From positions 688-64,687 of the forward strand of contig CAZBWS010000007.1 of assembly GCA_964495705.1 (NCBI GenBank): a stretch of DNA of 64,000 nucleotides. The letters run 5' to 3'. Under the pieces are notes generated by a model. It saw only the letters and a program-made list of their open reading frames with translations, was not told the DNA's origin and did not search any database. The translations under genes were made by a program, and so were the position numbers. Below, in pieces: positions 58,238-64,000 of the stretch (positions are counted from its first letter, which is position 1; every line of letters begins with the position of its first letter). Origin of the DNA: an uncultured Gammaproteobacteria bacterium. GTDB taxonomy: Bacteria; Pseudomonadota; Gammaproteobacteria; HTCC5015.

Positions 58238-61200
58238 TTAATAACTCACTTTAACGGCGTCAATACCCACTAGCTTGCGCAGGTCAGCGACCAAGGTCTC
58301 CCTAGGAGCAACACGCCACTCATCACCTAAGGTGACAGGTGCCTTGGCGGCATAGTTCTCATAGTAAATAAAAATAGGACAGGGGCCATTTTTATAAGGC
58401 TGCAAGGCTAAGCTAAGCTTTTGCATAAAGCCATTAACGACCTGGTTTTCATGCAAGCGTATATCCACGCGCTTGGCAAAGTGATCCCTGGCCGTATCAA
58501 TATCGTATAGCTCTGCAGAGCGCACCCTGACTTCGTTGCGGAAACTGTCCACACCCAAGCCGCCCTTAACAATTAACACCTTATCTTTCACAATCAAAGA
58601 CTCGTAGGCATCCAAGCATTCACCCATCACTTCAACATTTAAGCGGCGGGTATTATCGTCAAGGACCAGCTCCGCTTTTCTGCCCCCATTGCGGAAAGTG
58701 CGGTAGTTCACTTCAATCACTAAACCAGCTACCACAACATCGACATCTTGGTTGCCCCACTTTTTCTGAGAGCTAGGTGCAACACTGCCCAGATTATCCA
58801 AGTGCTCAGACAGCCTACGATGGGTTATCTTGATCACTTCCGAGTCATACTTATCGAAGGGATGCCCCGTTAGGTAAAGGCCTAATACGGCTTTTTCTTC
58901 CTGTAATAGAAACTCTTCATCCCACTCTTCCAGCTCCGGCAGTGCGACAGGGGCAAAATCATTACCTTGATCAACCATGCCAAAGATATCAACCTGTCCC
59001 GCTAAGGCATCTTTTTGATGCTGGCTGGCTGCCTTAAGGGCATCGTCTAGGCCGGCCATTAAACTGGCACGATTAGGGCCAATTTCATCTAAGGCCCCGC
59101 CGCGCACCAAAGCCTCTAGGACACGACGATTGAGCTTGCGCCCCTCCACACGGCGGCAGAAATCGTGTAGATCGCGGTATTCGCCACTAGCCAAACACTC
59201 CGCTTGAACGGCCTCAATCACACCTTCACCAACACCTTTAAGTGCACCTAAGCCATAACGAATCGTCTTTTCATCTTGTACAGTAAATTTATAACTAGAG
59301 CTATTCACTGACGGTGGCAGTATTTCTAACTGCATATGCTCACTGCGGCACTCGTCAATCAGAATTACAACCTTATCGGTGTTATCCATATCTGCCGATA
59401 ATACCGCCGACATAAACTCAGCCGGGTAATGGGCTTTTAACCAAGCCGTTTGATAGGATACCAAGGCATAGGCAGCCGAGTGGGACTTGTTAAAGCCATA
59501 TCCTGCAAACTTCTCCACCAAGTCAAAGATGTTTTCTGCCAGCACAACATCAATGCCTTGGCCTTTGCAGCCCTCAAGGAAAGAACCTTTTTGCTTGGCC
59601 ATCTCCTCCGGTTTTTTCTTACCCATCGCTCGGCGTAGCATATCCGCACCACCAAGACTGTACCCACCCATCACCTGGGCAATCTGCATTACCTGCTCTT
59701 GGTATAGAATAATGCCATAGGTAGGCTCTAGTACCGGCTTTAAGCCTTCGTATTGATAGTCTTGATGGGGGTAAGATACGGGTTCACGACCGTGCTTACG
59801 GTTAATGAAATCGTCAACCATGCCCGAATCCAGTGGCCCTGGACGGAACAGCGCCACCAAGGCAATGATGTCTTCAAAGCTATCGGGTTGCAGCTTCTTA
59901 ATCAGCGACTTCATACCACTGGATTCAAGCTGGAATACCGCAGTGGTTTGCTGAGCCTTTAAAAGCTCGAAGGCCTGTCGATCTTCAAGGTCGATCTTGG
60001 CAATATCAAGGGCTTCTAAGCCTTCTTTAGCTCGGCGCTTGTCTACTTCAACCAGCGCCCAATCAATAATGGTGAGTGTACGCAGCCCTAAGAAGTCAAA
60101 CTTCACCAGTCCGATAGATTCAACATCATCCTTATCAAACTGAGTTACCAAGCTGCCGCCGCCTTCCTCACAATACAGGGGCGTAAAGTCAGTCAGCTTA
60201 GTCGGAGCAATAACTACTCCACCCGCATGCTTACCCGCATTTCGGGCCAAACCTTCCAACTTCAAGGCCATATCGATGAGGTTACTCACTTCCTCATCAT
60301 TATCGTAGCGTTCCTTCATCTCAGGCTCTTGCTCTAGTGCCTGAGATAATTTGATACCCACTTCAAAGGGAATCATCTTAGAAATGCTGTCGACAAAGCC
60401 ATAGCCGTGGCCCATGACACGACCCACATCCCGAACCACCGCCTTGGCCGCCATGGTTCCGTAAGTAATGATTTGCGATACCTGATCGCGGCCATAGGTC
60501 TCTGCCACATGATCAATTACGCGGTCGCGACCATCCATGCAGAAGTCCACATCGAAATCAGGCATAGAGATTCGTTCAGGGTTGAGGAATCGCTCAAACA
60601 GTAGATCGTATTCAATGGGGTCCAAATCGGTAATTTTTAAGGCATAAGCAACAATTGAACCTGCTCCCGAACCACGACCTGGGCCTACGGGTATGCCGTT
60701 GTCTTTAGACCATTGGATAAACTCCATTACGATGAGGAAGTACCCTGGGAAACCCATATCGAGAATAACCCCGACCTCAATATCTAGACGGTCGTAGTAG
60801 CTTTTTATCTTTTCTTCAGACCAAGGTTCAGGGTCAATACTTTGTAACTGTTCAAGGCGCCAATCCAGCCCCTCTCTAGAAACACGGGCAAAAAACTCTG
60901 CTTCAGTTTCACCTGCAGGAATTGGGAAGTTCGGCAAAAAGTACTCACCCGAGTGAGGTACAACATTACAACGCTTAGCTATTTCTACTGTATTTTCAAT
61001 AGCTTCTGGAATATCTTTAAAGAGATTTATCATCTCTTCTGGAGACCTTAAATATTGCTCATTACTGTATATTTTAGGTCTACGAGGATCGTCTAGAGCA
61101 CGCCCATCGTGCACACATACCCGTACTTCATGGGCATCAAAATCATCTTGCTTTAAAAAGCGAACGTCATTAGTGGCTACAACGGGGACTTGAAACTGAC

Positions 61201-61765
61201 TTGCAATGGCTAATACTTGGGCAATATACAGCTCTTCCCCGTCACGCCCTGTGCGCTGTAGTTCTAAGTAAAAGCGCTGTGGAAATAAAGATTGGTATTC
61301 TTGTACTAATTTGGCCGCAAGTTCTAAGTTGCCGCCCAAAATGGCTCGGCCTACATCACCGCTGCGTCCACCTGAAAGTGCGATCAAACCTTGGGTGCGC
61401 GTCGCAATCCACGCTTTATCCACTATGGCCATGCCGCCGCGCTGACCATCGGTATACGCTAGCGAAACGACTTCCGTTAAGTTTTTATAGCCCACATCAT
61501 TTTGGCAAAGTAGTACAATCTGTGTAGGTGCTTCTTGGGGGTCAGGCTGTTTCAGCCATAGATCTGCACCGATGATGGGCTTGATGCCATTACTTTGCGC
61601 TGCACGGCAGAATTTAACCATAGCAAACAAGTTGCTTTGGTCTGTTAATGCCACCGCAGGCATTCCCTGTTCTGCCACAGTGGCACAAAGTGGTTTTAAG
61701 CGAACGACACTGTCAACTAAGGAGTATTCGGAATGCAGACGCAAATGTACAAAAGACTGGGGCAT
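58238..61765 (-). CDS. dnaE: DNA polymerase III alpha subunit (replicative DnaE1 type)
   Basis: 1175 aa. The PHP N-terminus is FVHLRLHSEYSLVDS. The palm region has GPGRGSGAGS and PDFDVDF. It has an OB-fold C-terminus and dnaE-accA-tilS synteny. Its length and N-terminus argue for DnaE1 rather than DnaE2. Confidence 0.95.
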   Translation of the reverse strand: MPQSFVHLRLHSEYSLVDSVVRLKPLCATVAEQGMPAVALTDQSNLFAMVKFCRAAQSNGIKPIIGADLWLKQPDPQEAPTQIVLLCQNDVGYKNLTEVVSLAYTDGQRGGMAIVDKAWIATRTQGLIALSGGRSGDVGRAILGGNLELAAKLVQEYQSLFPQRFYLELQRTGRDGEELYIAQVLAIASQFQVPVVATNDVRFLKQDDFDAHEVRVCVHDGRALDDPRRPKIYSNEQYLRSPEEMINLFKDIPEAIENTVEIAKRCNVVPHSGEYFLPNFPIPAGETEAEFFARVSREGLDWRLEQLQSIDPEPWSEEKIKSYYDRLDIEVGVILDMGFPGYFLIVMEFIQWSKDNGIPVGPGRGSGAGSIVAYALKITDLDPIEYDLLFERFLNPERISMPDFDVDFCMDGRDRVIDHVAETYGRDQVSQIITYGTMAAKAVVRDVGRVMGHGYGFVDSISKMIPFEVGIKLSQALEQEPEMKERYDNDEEVSNLIDMALKLEGLARNAGKHAGGVVIAPTKLTDFTPLYCEEGGGSLVTQFDKDDVESIGLVKFDFLGLRTLTIIDWALVEVDKRRAKEGLEALDIAKIDLEDRQAFELLKAQQTTAVFQLESSGMKSLIKKLQPDSFEDIIALVALFRPGPLDSGMVDDFINRKHGREPVSYPHQDYQYEGLKPVLEPTYGIILYQEQVMQIAQVMGGYSLGGADMLRRAMGKKKPEEMAKQKGSFLEGCKGQGIDVVLAENIFDLVEKFAGYGFNKSHSAAYALVSYQTAWLKAHYPAEFMSAVLSADMDNTDKVVILIDECRSEHMQLEILPPSVNSSSYKFTVQDEKTIRYGLGALKGVGEGVIEAVQAECLASGEYRDLHDFCRRVEGRKLNRRVLEALVRGGALDEIGPNRASLMAGLDDALKAASQHQKDALAGQVDIFGMVDQGNDFAPVALPELEEWDEEFLLQEEKAVLGLYLTGHPFDKYDSEVIKITHRRLSEHLDNLGSVAPSSQKKWGNQDVDVVVAGLVIEVNYRTFRNGGRKAELVLDDNTRRLNVEVMGECLDAYESLIVKDKVLIVKGGLGVDSFRNEVRVRSAELYDIDTARDHFAKRVDIRLHENQVVNGFMQKLSLALQPYKNGPCPIFIYYENYAAKAPVTLGDEWRVAPRETLVADLRKLVGIDAVKVSY

Positions 61766-61877
61766 TGGAGCGTGCTTAACTTATAGCGATACAGGGGCGT
61801 AAGTGTGGTGATTTAGTCTGTTAACTTCAAGTCTTGTTTTTCAATTTATAAGTACATAATGCGGATAGCCTATTTAG

Positions 61878-62834
61878 CTACGCTAGCGCCTGATAACTTT
61901 GACTCGACGTATTGCTTGCTTGGCTGTGCCAAGGTGATACATCAGCAAACAATTCGCCCTGTATACGCTGCGCACAGACTTCCCTAGCAACTAGGCGATA
62001 ACACACTACACCACCTATTAGCTTGGCTTTGCGCTTTTCAAGTTTTGCAGGCCAATCAGCAGACTGATGATCATTCTCTAACCATTGCTGCACCTGCCCT
62101 TCTTGAGTATGTAGCTCAACCATCATTTGGCCGGCAACATAATGGCGCTTAGAAAGTTGTTGGTTTAGCTTGTCTCGATACATTAACAAGGCTTGAATAT
62201 CTAGCTGTTTGGCCTTACTCGCTGCTTGGCCAATGCTCAACTCAACAGGAGGCTGTTTATCCCAAAGTGTACGAGGTACTGATTTTCCCTGTGCCAACAA
62301 GACCAAGGCCTTACCCATTTCACCAAAGCGATTAGTTAAATATGTGCTGGGGACAGATTGAATATCGCTGATTTTACGCAGGCCGTATTGAGCTAAAAAT
62401 CCTGATACACCTGAGACTAAATTATCTAAGACCGTGAGAGGCATACTTGACAATACCCGCTGGGCATCCCAGGCCGGTACGATACGTAAAACCTTAGAAG
62501 TATCTTGGCGAACAGCTAAAAATGCAGCCAAGGCATCTCCTGCTAAGCCTACTTTAATCTCATCCTTATTCGGCAACTGATCCATCATTTGCTTCAGCAT
62601 ATGCACAGGAGAGTTATAATGGCGTTGCTGTGATGTTAAATCCAACAATAACTCACCCGACTCCATTAACTCTATATTTGGGCAATAGCGCGCTAACGCC
62701 TGTATCAACTGTGTTGAAAAATGTTGGTTCCAAGCTTTTAACGCTATCACCGCATAGGCCTTAGGCCAGTGTACTGGGCAAGTCGCCCCCCAAGGGTATT
62801 GAATAGAGCGAGATTGAATGGCTGGAGTATTCAT
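61878..62834 (-). CDS. ImuB-like, catalytically degenerate short Y-family DNA polymerase homolog, co-transcribed with lexA
   Basis: 318 aa. LARYCPNIELMESGELLLDLT aligns with the Y-family ...IEPLSLDEAYLDVT segment, but the DE is replaced by GE. No N-terminal D-x-D-x-F-F/Y motif is present. A thumb/HhH-like segment reads MPLTVLDNLVSGVSGFLAQYGLRKISDIQSVPSTYLTNRFGEMGKAL. The start overlaps the lexA stop (TAATG). Confidence 0.55.
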   Translation of the reverse strand: MNTPAIQSRSIQYPWGATCPVHWPKAYAVIALKAWNQHFSTQLIQALARYCPNIELMESGELLLDLTSQQRHYNSPVHMLKQMMDQLPNKDEIKVGLAGDALAAFLAVRQDTSKVLRIVPAWDAQRVLSSMPLTVLDNLVSGVSGFLAQYGLRKISDIQSVPSTYLTNRFGEMGKALVLLAQGKSVPRTLWDKQPPVELSIGQAASKAKQLDIQALLMYRDKLNQQLSKRHYVAGQMMVELHTQEGQVQQWLENDHQSADWPAKLEKRKAKLIGGVVCYRLVAREVCAQRIQGELFADVSPWHSQASNTSSQSYQALA

Positions 62835-63427
62835 TAATAGACCCTCATCTGACCTTTTAATATGCCTTGGATTTGTACCTGATCTGCTGGGTACAACATC
62901 GGCTGCATAGTGCTGTTAGCGGGAATTAGCTTGATCTGATTACCTGCGGTGTACTCTATCGTTTTTAAGGTCACATCCTGCCCTTCAACCAAAGCGACAA
63001 CAATGTCATAGTTATTCGCTGTATTGGCCGATTCAATAACCACCCAATCTCCGTCATAGATGCCTTCGTCAATCATAGACTCGCCCTTCACTTTTAAGGC
63101 ATAGCGATTTGATCCTGCGAAGATATGGTTGAGGTCGAGGCTGTCTTCGTTGGCAACTGCCTCTATGGGTTGACCGGCAGCGATAGAACCTAACAAGGGA
63201 ATACAACCCGGAGCAATATCATCTTGAGCAATAATGCGGATACCTCGGTGACGACCGGTTTTCTCGATCATACCCGCCTCTTCTAAAGCGGCGATATAAC
63301 GATGTACAACACCCTTAGAATTGATACCTAAGCCTTCACCAATCTCCGTCAGCAAAGGCGCTTGGCCCTGCTCCCGAATGTAGTTAACAATAAAATTATA
63401 AACGTCTTGTTCGCGTGGGGACAACAT
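62834..63427 (-). CDS. lexA: LexA-family SOS repressor (S24 autopeptidase)
   Basis: It has a winged-HTH N-terminus (LSPREQDVYNFIVNYIREQGQAPLLTEIGEGLG), the Ala-Gly cleavage site in GSIAAGQPIE, the catalytic Ser in VKGESMID and the catalytic Lys in VTLKT. Confidence 0.9.
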   Translation of the reverse strand: MLSPREQDVYNFIVNYIREQGQAPLLTEIGEGLGINSKGVVHRYIAALEEAGMIEKTGRHRGIRIIAQDDIAPGCIPLLGSIAAGQPIEAVANEDSLDLNHIFAGSNRYALKVKGESMIDEGIYDGDWVVIESANTANNYDIVVALVEGQDVTLKTIEYTAGNQIKLIPANSTMQPMLYPADQVQIQGILKGQMRVY

Positions 63428-63430
63428 AAA

Positions 63431-63486
63431 GTTCTCTTTTAGTTCTCATTGACTGCAGTATAGAGAACTTAGGGAGAACTTTGCAA
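63431..63486 (-). promoter_or_regulatory. Putative lexA promoter with two inverted GTTC-N7-GTTC operator boxes
   Basis: The plus strand has GTTC-tctttta-GTTC (63431-63445) and GAAC-ttaggga-GAAC (63465-63479). These are arms of a ~49-bp imperfect palindrome, aaaGTTCTC..GTTCTC...GAGAAC..GAGAACttt. Read on the lexA strand, there is a -35 TTGCAA (63481-63486), an 18-nt spacer containing one box, and a -10 TATACT (63457-63462). The second box lies in the short 5' UTR. Confidence 0.45.
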
Positions 63487-63647
63487 GTATTATTTGGCAT
63501 TCTTTTTTTGCCCTGTGTAACTGGGCAAGGCAATTGTTAATTACGACAATAAATGACGCTCATAAACGACCCGCCACCCTTCCCTCGCTTTAAGCTTTTA
63601 GCCTATGGTAAATAACAGCATATGACACACCAACAAGGGGAACAGAT

Positions 63648-64000
63648 ATGCGCAATGTAGATGTACTTATCATAGGAGCGGGCTTATCTGGTATTGGAGC
63701 GGCTTGTCACTTAACCCGCAAATGCCCGAACAAAAGCTATACGATCCTAGAGCGCAGACAAAATATTGGCGGCACCTGGGATTTATTCCGCTACCCCGGC
63801 GTGCGCTCAGACTCCGACATGTTCACCTTAGGCTATAGCTTCCGCCCCTGGACCAAAGAAAAGGTATTGGCCGACGGTGAGTCTATACGCAACTACATCA
63901 AAGACACCGCCGAGGAATACAATGTAAAACAGCACATTCAATTTGGCCTCAAAGTCATCTCATCCAACTGGTCTAGCCAAGACGCGCGCTGGACGGTGAA
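63648..64000 (+). CDS. Flavin-containing / Baeyer-Villiger-type monooxygenase (5' part; continues beyond window)
   Basis: My manual translation gives MRNVDVLIIGAGLSGIGAACHL...ILERRQNIGGTWDLFRYPGVRSDSDMFTLGYSF. This shows the FAD GxGxxG motif plus the GGTW and FxYPGxxxD fingerprints of class B flavoprotein monooxygenases. AAGGGGA precedes the ATG. It is not in the ORF track because it runs off the edge. Confidence 0.8.
   Translation, partial: MRNVDVLIIGAGLSGIGAACHLTRKCPNKSYTILERRQNIGGTWDLFRYPGVRSDSDMFTLGYSFRPWTKEKVLADGESIRNYIKDTAEEYNVKQHIQFGLKVISSNWSSQDARWTV

Noticed and set aside
58238-63427. Reading lexA / Y-family-like / dnaE as a classical lexA-imuA-imuB-dnaE2 mutagenesis cassette.
   Set aside because: There is no imuA. 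The polymerase is 1175 aa with a DnaE1-type N-terminus and sits in conserved dnaE-accA-tilS synteny. A 112-bp gap separates it from the ImuB-like gene. I therefore report the arrangement as unusual rather than as the known cassette.
63428-63647. A canonical gammaproteobacterial SOS box (CTGT-N8-ACAG) upstream of lexA, and a hairpin TTGCCC-tgtgtaact-GGGCAA at ~63508-63528.
   Set aside because: No CTGT-N8-ACAG match is present; the nearest, CTGCAGTATAGAGAAC, lacks the ACAG arm. The hairpin has its T-run on the wrong side for a terminator on either strand.

Overview
The window looks like chromosomal DNA from a gammaproteobacterium. It is AT-leaning by eye, and its core gene order resembles Pseudomonas/Oceanospirillales/Cellvibrionales. 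About 55 CDS and one tRNA are supported. I found no CRISPR array, IS element, integrase or prophage genes.

The left third (1-19.4 kb) looks accessory and cell-surface related. It starts with a tightly coupled three-gene operon: a 1897-aa repeat adhesin with an N-terminal CxxCH module and a GlyGly-CTERM-like tail, a small outer-membrane beta-barrel, and a lipoprotein with two CxxCH haem motifs. Next come two tandem Tat-signal FecR-like paralogs. A 1694-aa NHL/FN3/TPR/transglutaminase-like protein and a small secreted partner follow. These are divergent from a moxR-DUF58-tgpA operon. The region ends at tRNA-Ser(GGA).

The rest is housekeeping:
- ribA, kdsB-ycaR-lpxK-msbA-exbDB-comEC, DUF2062, yqhA
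- lolC/lolD, sfsA, mfd-csiV-like
- panE-like, MTAP, hpt, mscS-like, nagZ
- ispF-ispD-ftsB-eno-kdsA-pyrG, trpS, tilS-accA-dnaE
- a lexA operon and a partial flavin monooxygenase gene

The observations I consider most worth following up:
1. The short word ATGCGGATA (extended ATGCGGATAGSCTG) is strongly over-represented. I count 21 exact copies, on both strands, mostly inside unrelated core genes, and one inverted pair forms a terminator. This behaves like a DNA uptake sequence.
2. The haem-motif adhesin / barrel / lipoprotein operon.
3. lexA is translationally coupled to a short ImuB-like Y-family polymerase relic lacking catalytic residues, directly upstream of replicative dnaE. Two inverted GTTC-N7-GTTC (alphaproteobacterial-type) boxes lie in the lexA promoter, and no CTGT-N8-ACAG box is present.
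4. The giant NHL-TPR-transglutaminase-like protein paired divergently with moxR-DUF58-tgpA.

All functional calls come from reading motifs by eye. No database search was possible.
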